Shown here piece by piece: positions 28,214 through 38,100 of a stretch of 64,000 bases of DNA. This stretch comes from Phycisphaerae bacterium (lineage in GTDB: Bacteria > Planctomycetota > Phycisphaerae > UBA1845 > Fen-1342). Each line of letters opens with the position of its first letter. The stretch's first letter is position 1. The position numbers and the translations under genes were made by a program. The notes beneath the pieces were generated by a model. That model saw only the letters and a program-made list of their open reading frames with translations. It did no database searches and was not told the origin of the DNA. Location: contig JAJVHV010000030.1 in the NCBI GenBank assembly GCA_022072445.1, forward strand, positions 5,971-69,970, written 5' to 3'.

Positions 28214-30337
28214 TCAGCGCCCCGCGCCGGTCAGCTCATCGGCCAGCGCGCCGGCGTCGTAGATCTTGCGCAGCGCCTCGATGATCGCCCGCGAATCGAC
28301 CGCCACGGCGCGGCCCTGCCGCTCGTCGAACTGAATGTCCCACACAAGCGACTGCAGATTGCCGTCGAAGATCAGCCCGACCACTTCGCCCGCCGTGTTG
28401 ATCACCGGGCTGCCCGAATTGCCCCCGATGATGTCCGCCGTGCAGACGAAGTTGTAGGGCGTATCCAGCTTGAGCTTGCTCTTGCCATCGACCCAGCGCT
28501 GCGGCAGCTCAAATCCCTCCTCGCCGTGCCGCTCCTGCCAGCGCTGGTACAGCCCGGCGAAGTTCGTGAACGGCGGCACATCCCGGCTATCCTCCTGGTA
28601 GCCCTTGACCGGGCCGAACGCCAGCCGCAGCGTTCCGGTCGCGTCGGGATACAGGTCCTCGCCGAAGCGCGCGAACATGGCGGCCGCGACCTTAGCGTAA
28701 TTGGCGCGCTCCACGCCTTCGACCGTGTCCTCGAAGCGCGTCCGCAGGGCGCGGTACTCGGGGTCGAGCGCCGCGGCCAGCTTGATGAGCGGATCGTCGC
28801 TGGCAGCAATGGCCGCCGCTCCGCCCGCGGCGAGTTTCTTGCGGGTCTCGACGTCCTTGAGCGTGCAGCCGCGGACGAGCTGCACGGCCCGCTCGCGCGG
28901 GCTCATGCCCGCCAGCGTCGCCGCGACCGTCGGGTCGTCGCCGCCCAGCGTCTCGGCCATCAGCATCAGGCCGCCGGCCAGACGGTCGATCTCGAGCTCG
29001 TCGTAGATCGGCGCCGGCGAATAGAGCCGCAGATAGACCGACTCGAGCTCCGACTCGCGATACTCGCGCAGGCGGTCGCGGCTGGGCTTGGGCAGCTCGG
29101 CGGCGAGCTGCACGAGCGTGTGCGCGAGGCGAAACAGGTCGCTGCGCAGCGCGCCGCGGATGACCGCGTAGCGCGCGTGGAACTCGCGATATTGCTGAAG
29201 CGCCGTGGCGATGTTGTCCCACGCGTCGCCCCACTGCGCCTGCTGCTGCGGATTGTTCATCACCGCCGCCCGCAGATCCTTCTCGAACGACGCCTTGCGC
29301 TGCATCAGCACCGGGTCGAGCAGCCCGCCGAATCCGCCCGTCATCGCCTTGCGGCCGTTCTGCGTGCCGAACAGGTCGTTCTCGCCGATCCGCGCGTTCT
29401 CGGCGCCGCGCTGCACGAACGTCTTGAGCTGCACCTCGCGCCGCCAGGCGTTCCGCAGATTGAACGGGAAATCCACGTCGCGCAGAAAGCGCAGATGATC
29501 GAGCGTGTTCAGCCGCCGCGTCCGTCCGGGATGGCCCGCGACCAGCACCAGGTCGTTCTCCGCCGCGCCGGCCCTGCTCCACTTCAGATAGTGCTCGCAC
29601 TTCAGCGGCTCGTCGTTCTCGTAGACCCGGAAAAAGCACATGTCCAGGTCGTAACGCGGATACTCGAAGTTGTCGTTGTCGCCGCCGAAGAACGCGATCG
29701 ACTTCTCCGGCGCCATCACCAGCCGCACGTCGGTGTAGCGGCGATAGCTGTAGAGGTGATAGCGCGCCCCCTGGTAGAGCGTGACGATTTCGCAATCCAG
29801 CTTGGTGCGATCCTTGGCCTCCTGTTCGATCTCGCTCATCCGCTTGCGCCGCGCGCTGAACGCGTCGGCCGCGGACATTTCGGGCTTCGCCGCCGCGTTC
29901 ACCTTGTCGGTCACGTCCTCGATCGTCCACAGCAGTCGGACTTCCATGTCCGCGCACTTGAGCTCTTCGGCCGGCGTGCGGGCGTAGAAACCGTCGCGCA
30001 TCAGGTTCCGCTCCGGCGTGCTCAGCTTCTCGAGCTGACCGCTGCCGACGTGGTGATTGGTGAGAATCAGCCCGCGCGGCGACACCAGCGAGCCCGACGC
30101 GCCGATCTTCACCGACGCCTTCTGCACGTGTTCGAGCCAGGCCGCCGTCGGCTCGAATCCATACTTCTCCTTCAGCAGCTTCGTCGGCGGGCGGTTGGGC
30201 AACCACATGCCCTCGTCAGCCAGGGCGCCCACGCCGGATGCGAGCAGCAGGGCGATAGGGACGAGCCGCGCGCCGCGGAGCGAACGCCGGCGTTGACGCA
30301 CGACAGGGGTGATTGTGAGTGTGGATGGGTGATTCAT
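28214..30337 (-). CDS. S46 family serine peptidase (dipeptidyl-peptidase 7/11-like)
   Basis: Signal peptide, then DEGMWLP...SGSLVSPRGLILTNHHVG (catalytic His) ...CTADIIGGNSGSPVIN (catalytic Ser). Confidence 0.85.
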   Translation of the reverse strand: MNHPSTLTITPVVRQRRRSLRGARLVPIALLLASGVGALADEGMWLPNRPPTKLLKEKYGFEPTAAWLEHVQKASVKIGASGSLVSPRGLILTNHHVGSGQLEKLSTPERNLMRDGFYARTPAEELKCADMEVRLLWTIEDVTDKVNAAAKPEMSAADAFSARRKRMSEIEQEAKDRTKLDCEIVTLYQGARYHLYSYRRYTDVRLVMAPEKSIAFFGGDNDNFEYPRYDLDMCFFRVYENDEPLKCEHYLKWSRAGAAENDLVLVAGHPGRTRRLNTLDHLRFLRDVDFPFNLRNAWRREVQLKTFVQRGAENARIGENDLFGTQNGRKAMTGGFGGLLDPVLMQRKASFEKDLRAAVMNNPQQQAQWGDAWDNIATALQQYREFHARYAVIRGALRSDLFRLAHTLVQLAAELPKPSRDRLREYRESELESVYLRLYSPAPIYDELEIDRLAGGLMLMAETLGGDDPTVAATLAGMSPRERAVQLVRGCTLKDVETRKKLAAGGAAAIAASDDPLIKLAAALDPEYRALRTRFEDTVEGVERANYAKVAAAMFARFGEDLYPDATGTLRLAFGPVKGYQEDSRDVPPFTNFAGLYQRWQERHGEEGFELPQRWVDGKSKLKLDTPYNFVCTADIIGGNSGSPVINTAGEVVGLIFDGNLQSLVWDIQFDERQGRAVAVDSRAIIEALRKIYDAGALADELTGAGR

Positions 30338-30459
30338 GGGCTCTCTCCGATCTCGGCAACGCGCTTGGTTGCCTCCAATCTACCACGAACGCAACCCGAA
30401 GACATGCTCAGCGGCCCGGTAAACGGCGGTTCGCGGCAGAAAAGCCCAGCCCGGCAACG

Positions 30460-30831
30460 TCAGGCCGGCCCCTCGCGCAGGCGGTCCCAGTCGGGCTCGC
30501 ACCAGGCCACGACGTGCGAGCCCGACGAGGAGACCGTCACCCTGCCGCAGACACGCTGTGCCGGAGTGTCGGCCGATTCGTACTCGTACACCCAGGTCTC
30601 GACCGGATCGCGCGATGCCGGCGAGTCGCTCTCGATTCGCCGCGGTTCGCCCAGCAGCGAGCGCAGCTCCTGCCGCGTCACCGAGCGCGACAGTTTCCGC
30701 CAGCGCGCCAGCAACATCGTGATGCGTGTCAGCGACTGGACGCGCAGCTCCGGCAGCGCTGCACCGCACTGGCGGCAGAATCTTGCAGCCTCCGCATTAC
30801 TCGCGGCGCAGCGCTGACACGTCTGGCTCAT
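30460..30831 (-). CDS. zinc-ribbon domain protein
   Basis: CQRCAASNAEAARFCRQCGAAL at the N-terminus. Confidence 0.45.
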   Translation of the reverse strand: MSQTCQRCAASNAEAARFCRQCGAALPELRVQSLTRITMLLARWRKLSRSVTRQELRSLLGEPRRIESDSPASRDPVETWVYEYESADTPAQRVCGRVTVSSSGSHVVAWCEPDWDRLREGPA

Positions 30832-30842
30832 GCTTGCTCACT

Positions 30843-30938
30843 CGCTGGCGCTTCGTGCTCGGATGGGACTCCCGTTCACGCGCTGGCGCTTCGTGCTCCG
30901 ATCGCGCAGGTTCTGCATTCTGCATTCTTCATTCTGCC
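30843..30938. repeat. intergenic repeat block: 2 x 38-bp tandem repeat followed by a (TTCTGCA)4 heptamer array
   Basis: CGCTGGCGCTTCGTGCTC occurs at 30843 and 30881; heptamers ttctgca ttctgca ttcttca ttctgcc at 30911-30938. Confidence 0.85.
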
Positions 30939-30946
30939 TTGCCGTC

Positions 30947-33055
30947 CTACGTCTTCCTGCCGCGGCCGTTATCCGCCGCCAGTGCCGTGTGCACCTCCTG
31001 TCGAATCCGCTCCGCACGCGCGTCGGCCGACGCGCCGCTCCGCGCCGGAGTCGCGCCGCCCGCGGCGGGCGGCCCAACCGACGCGACACCCAGGCGATCG
31101 CTGAGCAGCATGGTCAGCAGGGCTTCCATCACGTTGCTGCCGGCCATGCCAGACTTGCCGTCGCCCGCGCCGCCGCCGATCACCACCTTGGGCACCAGAT
31201 CGACGCCCGAGCGTTCGATCGCCTCGGCGAAACGCTCCATGACCTGCCGCGTGATCTGGAACTGCGGCCCGCCGTACGCCCGCACCTGCTCGTCGATCGC
31301 GATGGCCTGCGCCACGCCGATGCGGGCCGCCTTGTCCGCCTCGGCCTCGCCGACCGCGCGGATGCGCGTCGCTTCGCCGTCGGCCAGCGTGCGGATCTTG
31401 GCGGCTTCGGCTTCGGCGACGGCCCGCATCTGCGCCGCCTGTTGCAGGGCGCGCTGATACTCGGCCTTGCCCTGGTTTTCCTGGATGCGAATCGACACCT
31501 CGCTCTCGGTGAGGGCCTGCTGCTGGCTGGCCTTGGCCTCCGCCTCGCGCAGCTCGCGTTCCTTGACCGCGGCCTTCTCCTGCCGCGCGTAGGTCTCGAC
31601 CTGTTCCTCGGCGATTTGCCGCGTGCGGAGCTGGGTGAGGATGTTCTCGATCTTGTTGTCGCCGGCTGACGACGTCGGCGTGCCGATCAGCACCTCTTCG
31701 AGTTCGAGGTTGTAGTGCGCGAACTTCTCGCGCATCTCCTCGCCCGCGAGCTTCTGGATCAGCGCGCGATCCTGCAGGAGTTGAATGAGCGTTCGCGTCT
31801 GGCCGATGTTCTTGAAATACGCCGAGACCATCGGGTCGAGCGTCTGCTCGACCAGCCGCTTGACGTCGCCGAAGCGCTGAATGACCAGCGGCGCCTTGCG
31901 GTAGTCGATGTGCACCACGACGCTGAGCGGCAGCGACGGCTCAAAGGCGTCCTTGGTGATCAGCGAGACTTCGCGCAGGTTCTCGTCGAACTTGTGCATC
32001 CCGCTCTCGTTGCGGATCCACTTCAGGATGAAATTCGTCGTTGGCACCGGGATGACGTGCCCGGCATACGTGTTGAACGCGTATTTGCCGGGCAGCAACG
32101 CCTCGCTCCAGACGCCGCGCTGCCCCGGTTTTACCAGCTCGCCGTGCTTGTATTCGACGCCGGACAGGTCGGCGCCACGCTCGCCTGTGTACGAGACGAC
32201 CACGCCGACGTTGCCGACGTCGATGACAGTCTTGGGCAGCATCTCCACCGTCGCGAACAGCCGGTTGAGATAATACGTGCCGTCGACGAGCACCTGGAGC
32301 TGCCGGCCCCGGCTTCCGCCGGCGGCCAGGAACACCTCGATGTCCTGGAAGTTGTTGTGAAACGTCGACGGGACGTCCGGGGAATTGCCCACAACGGGGG
32401 CGATGATCTCGCCGGCCGGCAGCGCCGGCCCGTCATGAACGGTGATGACGCCGATCATGTCGTCGCTGCCGCGGATCACGACCGGTTCGAAGCCGTTGCG
32501 ATTCCCGATCTCCGCCTGCATGCTCTGAAAGACCGCCTTGTCGTCGCGCTCCAGCGGCAGGTAGTAGAGCTGATCGTCGGTAACGACCGCGAACTGCGCC
32601 AGGTTGATCGCATACGTGCCTTCGCGCAGCAACTTGCGCTGCGGCCCACGCTGCCCGCCGTCCGCCAGAAAGCCGCGCACGTCCTCGAAATTCTGCGCCT
32701 TGACGTTGCACGCCAGCGTCTGCGTCGGCGGCAGCGGGTGCCCGTCACGGGCATACACGTAGCCGATCTGCCCCTGCGGGATCGTCACCAGCGGCAGCAG
32801 ATGCACGCGATACTGAAACGGCGTCAGAAAATGCAGCCCGCCGCGCAGCACGTCCGGTTGAAAGCCGGCTTCGCCGCGCAGCGCGATCAGCCCCTGACGC
32901 ACCGAGCCGCTGTGGCTCCAGAGCCGCTCGACGATGCCGACCCGGCGGTTCGGAATGTACCGAATACCGCTTAGACCGGTGAGCAAGACCAGGACCACAG
33001 CGAGCACAATCGCGCCCACGACCATGGTCGTAACGTCGATGGCTCCGAGTAACAT
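30947..33055 (-). CDS. flotillin/SPFH (band 7) family protein
   Basis: N-terminal TM MLLGAIDVTTMVVGAIVLAVVLVLL, SPFH domain, long EA-rich coiled-coil (AEAEAAKIR...), C-terminal Gly/Ala-rich tail. AAAGGAG lies 8 nt upstream of ATG 33055. Confidence 0.85.
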   Translation of the reverse strand: MLLGAIDVTTMVVGAIVLAVVLVLLTGLSGIRYIPNRRVGIVERLWSHSGSVRQGLIALRGEAGFQPDVLRGGLHFLTPFQYRVHLLPLVTIPQGQIGYVYARDGHPLPPTQTLACNVKAQNFEDVRGFLADGGQRGPQRKLLREGTYAINLAQFAVVTDDQLYYLPLERDDKAVFQSMQAEIGNRNGFEPVVIRGSDDMIGVITVHDGPALPAGEIIAPVVGNSPDVPSTFHNNFQDIEVFLAAGGSRGRQLQVLVDGTYYLNRLFATVEMLPKTVIDVGNVGVVVSYTGERGADLSGVEYKHGELVKPGQRGVWSEALLPGKYAFNTYAGHVIPVPTTNFILKWIRNESGMHKFDENLREVSLITKDAFEPSLPLSVVVHIDYRKAPLVIQRFGDVKRLVEQTLDPMVSAYFKNIGQTRTLIQLLQDRALIQKLAGEEMREKFAHYNLELEEVLIGTPTSSAGDNKIENILTQLRTRQIAEEQVETYARQEKAAVKERELREAEAKASQQQALTESEVSIRIQENQGKAEYQRALQQAAQMRAVAEAEAAKIRTLADGEATRIRAVGEAEADKAARIGVAQAIAIDEQVRAYGGPQFQITRQVMERFAEAIERSGVDLVPKVVIGGGAGDGKSGMAGSNVMEALLTMLLSDRLGVASVGPPAAGGATPARSGASADARAERIRQEVHTALAADNGRGRKT

Positions 33056-33063
33056 GACTGGCA

Positions 33064-33070
33064 CTCCTTT
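33064..33070 (-). promoter_or_regulatory. Shine-Dalgarno AAAGGAG for the flotillin gene
   Basis: Minus strand reads gagAAAGGAGtgccagtcATG. Confidence 0.6.
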
Positions 33071-33716
33071 TCTCAAGCGTGCGAACGCGGCGACGCCCGG
33101 CCGCGCGATCCGCACCGAGGGTCTCGGCGCAGGGCTGCGCCGTCGACCGGTTCAATGCTGGTTCCATACCGCTTCGGCGCCGGGCGCGGCGCCGATCGGT
33201 AGTCGTTACGCACAATGCTCGTGCGCATGCTAATACTGCCGTCGGTGTAGGTTACGTCGAGGGAGGCGGGCTCATGGTTGCTCCAGCGGTCGCCTGCGAG
33301 GTTAGCTGACGGGCGCGCTGCGCTGATTCAGCGTCCGGCTCCGGCCGGATTAGCCCCTGCGTCGCGGGCCTTGTGCCCGCGCCGCGCTGGGTTCCCCGCT
33401 GCCAGGCCGCCTGGGGCAGCCCGACATTCGGCACAAACAGCATGTATTAGAGTAAGTATAGCACAGGTTTGGCCGACTGGCCGGCCGATAACGCGCGCAC
33501 ACGCGCTCGGTACCGTTTTCATTCGACCAGATCCCGGCAAGTATCCAGCAGATCGCGGGAATCCAACCTAACTCCGAAGACTCGCCAGGCTCGATCGGTA
33601 GAGCCATCTCACGAAAGTATCCTCTCGCGAAGCGCCGGAAGTGAAGGCCGAATCGCAGCCAGTGCCAGTAGTCGGCCACCGTGAGCATCGACTGACGCTG
33701 CCAGAATTCGCCGAAG

Positions 33717-34085
33717 CTAGCCACGGCGCGACCCTGCACCGCGCATACTCCCTCCGCACTCCGGGCACGGCCGATCACCCAGATGGCTGCAATCGTATCC
33801 GCACGACGCGCATGTGTCGGGAAAGCGTTCCAGGGTCATTTGTCGGGCGCGCTTCAAGCGACGGTCAATCCCGCGCGAAGCCAAAACCACGGCGCCAGCT
33901 GTGCACACAAGACCGGCGAGGTCACCCGGAAGAACGAACCGCATCGGCACCGCAACGATCGCCCCGAGCACTGTGCTGCCAACCAGGATTGCAATCGTGC
34001 GCGTCGAGAAGAGCAGTTGACGCGTGACGCGCCGGAAATACACCTCGACTTCGGGATTCGAGGGTTCGAACATCGTCCACCGCAT
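33717..34085 (-). CDS. small membrane protein with C-terminal zinc ribbon
   Basis: One TM segment (IAILVGSTVLGAIVAV) and CASCGYDCSHLGDRPCPECGG. Confidence 0.5.
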   Translation of the reverse strand: MRWTMFEPSNPEVEVYFRRVTRQLLFSTRTIAILVGSTVLGAIVAVPMRFVLPGDLAGLVCTAGAVVLASRGIDRRLKRARQMTLERFPDTCASCGYDCSHLGDRPCPECGGSMRGAGSRRG

Positions 34086-34124
34086 CGATGGCGCGCCGAA
34101 GTCGCCGTCCCGTCCGACCGTCCC

Positions 34125-35126
34125 TCAACCCAGACCCGCGTTCAGCAGATCGAGCAGTCGCAGCAGCCCGACCGGCCGGCCGGCGTCATCCGCAACGACC
34201 AGGCTCGTGATCCGGCTCTCCATCATCATTCGCAGACAATCCACCGCCGGATGCGATGCCGACACACTTGAGTGCGTCACCGCCGGCTCGGACGACGTGC
34301 GCCGGCTGCCGCGGTGCGCCTCGCGGGCGGTGATCTTGTGCGGGTCGGAGACGCGTTCGAAGACGCGCCGCAGGTCGCCATCGGTGAACACGCCCAGCAG
34401 CCGCCCGTCGCGCTCCGTGATCAGCGCCAGGCCGAGTTGTTTGGTCGTCATCGAGACGACGAGCTGATCGAACGTGGCGTCGGCGTCGACCAGCGGCAGC
34501 GCCGCGCCTGCGTGCATCACGTCGCCGGCCCGCAGTAGCAGGCGCCGGCCCAGCGTCCCCTCGGGATGAAACTGTGCGAAGTCCTCCTTGCGAAAGCCGC
34601 GCGACGCCAGCAACGCCATCGCCAGCGCGTCGCCGAACGCCAGCATCAGCATGCAGCTTGTCGTCGGCGCCAGGTTCAGCGGGCCCGCCTCCGGCACGTC
34701 CGGCAGGCGCACGAGATGATTCGAGAGCTCCGCCAGCCGCGACTCGCGGGCCTGCGTCACGCCGATCACCGGCCCGCCCAGCCGCCGGAAGTGCGTCACC
34801 AGCCGCAGGATTTCGTCGGTGTTGCCGCTACGCGTGAAGGCCATCAGGCCGTTGCGCGGCGTGACGATGCCCAGGTCGCCGTGCAGCGCGTCGACCGGGT
34901 GCATGAACACCGCCGGCGTGCCCGTGCTCGTCAGCGTGGCGGCAATCTTCCGCGCGATGTTGCCCGACTTGCCCAACCCGCTCACCACAAGCTGGTCGCA
35001 GTCGGTCAGGATGGTCTGCACCACCGCCTCGAAGACTGTCCCCAACTCGTCGGCCAGCCGCCGCAGCGCGTCCGCCTCGTCGCCGATCACCTGTCGCGCG
35101 ATGCGGAGCGCCTCGCTTATGCTCAT
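34125..35126 (-). CDS. kdsD: arabinose-5-phosphate isomerase (SIS + tandem CBS), KdsD/KpsF family
   Basis: SIS motif VVSGLGKSGNIARKIAATLTSTGTPA; C-terminal CBS pair. Confidence 0.85.
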   Translation of the reverse strand: MSISEALRIARQVIGDEADALRRLADELGTVFEAVVQTILTDCDQLVVSGLGKSGNIARKIAATLTSTGTPAVFMHPVDALHGDLGIVTPRNGLMAFTRSGNTDEILRLVTHFRRLGGPVIGVTQARESRLAELSNHLVRLPDVPEAGPLNLAPTTSCMLMLAFGDALAMALLASRGFRKEDFAQFHPEGTLGRRLLLRAGDVMHAGAALPLVDADATFDQLVVSMTTKQLGLALITERDGRLLGVFTDGDLRRVFERVSDPHKITAREAHRGSRRTSSEPAVTHSSVSASHPAVDCLRMMMESRITSLVVADDAGRPVGLLRLLDLLNAGLG

Positions 35127-38100
35127 TTTCCATCCGCCGTCGGGGCCACCGCAGGTTGTCCGCCGCGCTCCTGCGCCGCCAGCTTGGCACGTACCTCGGC
35201 GATGAGCCGCGCGTTCTCGGGGGCGGCGGCCCGCTCCTTGTCGCTCTCGGCCAGCTCGACGCAGCGCGCCCAGGCCCGCCTTGCGCTCTCGGCGTCGCCG
35301 AGCCGGAACTCCGCATCGCCCAGATGGTCGTAGACGGTTGCGTCGTCTCCGTCAAAGATGGTCACCGAGCGCTTGAGGTACTTCTTCGCCAGGCTGAAAT
35401 CGCCGCGCTTGTAATAGACCCAGCCCAGGCTGTCGAGAAACGCGCGGTTCAGCGGATTCTCGGAGACGGCCAGCCGGATCATCCCCGCGGCGCGCTCCAG
35501 CTCGCGCCCCATCTCGACGTACGTGTAGCCCAGGTCGTTGTTGGCGCCCGCGTCGTGCGGCCGCAGCTTCAGCAGCCGCTCCATCACCGCGATGTAGTCG
35601 TCGCGCCGCTCGGCACCTTGCAGCACCTGACTCTTCATCTCCAGCAGCGGGATGATCTGTTCGACGGCGCCACCCGCCTCGGCGTTGCTCAGCCAGCGGT
35701 CGCACCACTCCAGCGCCCGCTCGACCTGCTTCGACTCGACCAGCACACTCACCAGCGTACGCCGCGCCCGCTCCAGTTCGCCGGGAACAAACGGCAGGAT
35801 GCGCTCCTCCAGCAGCGCCGTCAGCGTCTTGATCGCGTCCTCGTGCTGGCCGGCCTCGGATTCGGCGATCGCCCGCCAACCACGGATGAAGATGTCGCCC
35901 GCCGGATCGGACGGCTGAAAACCGTTGATGACGTTCAGCGCGTCGCGTGGGCGCCCGGCCGCCAGCAGCGTCCGCAGCAGCGCCTCGGTCAGCAGCGTGA
36001 CGCTGTTGGACGACGTCGCCGTCGAAATCCACTCGCGCAGCCGCTGCTCGACCCGGTCATACGCTTTGGCCCGCAGACACGCGTCGGCGTAGTGCAGCCA
36101 GCGTTGCTCGTCGGCCGGCGCCTCGTTGAGCCACTCCGTCACCAGCGCCACCGCCTGGTCGTTCCGCCCGGCCTGCGTCAGCAGGTTCCACTTCTGCGCC
36201 AGCAGGTCGTTCTTGTCGCGTGCCTCGGCCAGCCAGCCGTCCAGCCGCGCCAGCGCGCCGTCATAGTCGCGAAACAGCGAGTGCGCCAGGATCAGCTTCG
36301 CCCGCGCCAGGTTCCGCTCCGCGTCGCTCAGCCCCAGCGACAGCAGATGCTCGTACACGCTCCGGGCCCGCTCCGGCTGAAAGTCATTCACGTAGCAGTC
36401 GCCCAGCGTGAACAACAGCGCGCGGCGGTTGGAATACCGCCCGGCCAGCGACTCGAGCTGCGCCAGCGCAACGTCGAAATCCAGCCGCCGTGCCGCGATC
36501 GCCGCCGACAGTAGCCGCGCTTCGTAGTTGTCCGGATCGAAGCCCAGCGCCCGCTGCGCCAGCCGCGCCGCCTCGTCGAAGCGCCGCCGGACGTACAACG
36601 CCTCGCCGCAACGGACCGCCGTCACCCGGTCGTCGGGATACGCTTCGGTCTGTCGCAGAAGCTCGGCGATGTAGTCGTCGGGCGTCCCGCCGGCCCGCGC
36701 AAAGCGGATCGACGTTTGCAGGCGGCGTCGGACGTCCTCCGGCAGGCCCGGCTCGACGCGCTCGAACACACTGATGGCGATCTCGCTCTTGCCGCTGTTC
36801 AGGTAGCTGTCGATCAACAGCTCCACCATCTCCGGATCGTCCGGCGCCAGCGACTGCGCCTGCTGAAAATACCGCTGCGCCGCAACGATGTTGTTCAGCC
36901 GGCGGTAGTGCCGGCCAAACTCAAGCGCGTACTGCGCCTCGCGCGGGTTGAGCCGCAGCGCTTCGCGAAACGCCGCCTCAGCGCCGTCCAGATCATCAAG
37001 CCCCGAAAGCGCCCGCGCCAGGAGATAGTGCGCCGCCGCCAACTTCGGCGACACCTGAAGCGCCTGGTCGGCCTGCTCGCGCGCCTCGTTCCAACGATAG
37101 TGCGCCAGCAACATCTCACCCCACGCCAGGCGAGCCGCCGTAAACTCCGGCCGGGCCTTCAGCGACGTCTCAAACAGCCGGATCGCCAGCGCGTCTTGTT
37201 CAGCCGCTGCCGCCAGCGAACCCAGCGCGTACGCCAGCGCGAAGTCATCCGGCGGTATCGCGGCCATTCTCCCCATCAGCGCCAGAAAGGCGTCGGTTCG
37301 GTCAAGGGGCTTCATCCATTCGGCCAGACGCGCCTGAGGCGGATCGAGCGGCTCCGGCGTCGTCCGGACCACGTCACTCAGCGCGCGCACCGCCGCCTCC
37401 AGGTCGCCGCTGTCCTTCAGCGCCACGGCGAGGGCCCAGGCAGCGTCGACGTCGTCGGGCTTGGCGGCAACCAGCTTGCGCCAGACCGAAGCCGCGATCG
37501 CGTGCTCGCCGACGGTTCCCAGCCCCGTCGCCAGCCGTCGGGCAAGCTGAAGCGACTCAGGCGTCGAAAGCTCGCCGGTCAACTCCTCGCTCCACGCGGC
37601 GAGTTTTCCCGCGGCCCGCGCCGCCCGCACCGCCAGCGACAGGTACGTCGCCAGGTTGTCGCCGCTGAGCTTGCTCCGGCACAGCTCGAACGCTTCGTCG
37701 GCGCGCCCGGCGTTGAGCAGCGTCGTAGCGCACAGCAGGCCGATGTAGCTGTCGTCGGGCTGATGCTGAGCCGCCCAGCGCGCCGCGCGCAGCGCGTCGT
37801 CGGTACGCCCCAGTCCCAGCAGAATGCGCAGCGTCTCTTCAATCATCCCGCGCGGGTGCTGCTGAAGAATCTGCTCGACGAGCGGCTCGTTGCGGTGCTC
37901 CGGATGCGAGTCCCACGCCGCCAGGTCGAATCGCGCGTAGCACTCGCTCGCCGCCGCCAGATACCCCTGTTCCTCCAGGCAGCGCCCCAGCTCGAACCAG
38001 CTCGCCGTCACACGCGCGTTGTTCGGCTCGTGCTCGGCGGCCCGTGTCGCGCTGCGGAAGTGCGCCGCCGCCCGCGGCAGATTGCCCGCCGCCCGCAGCA

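Noticed and set aside
28031-30817. 928-aa plus-strand ORF (and 28692-30206 minus alternate frame) overlapping the S46 peptidase
   Set aside because: Antisense or alternate-frame artefact. The S46 catalytic motifs are in the 28214-30337 minus frame.
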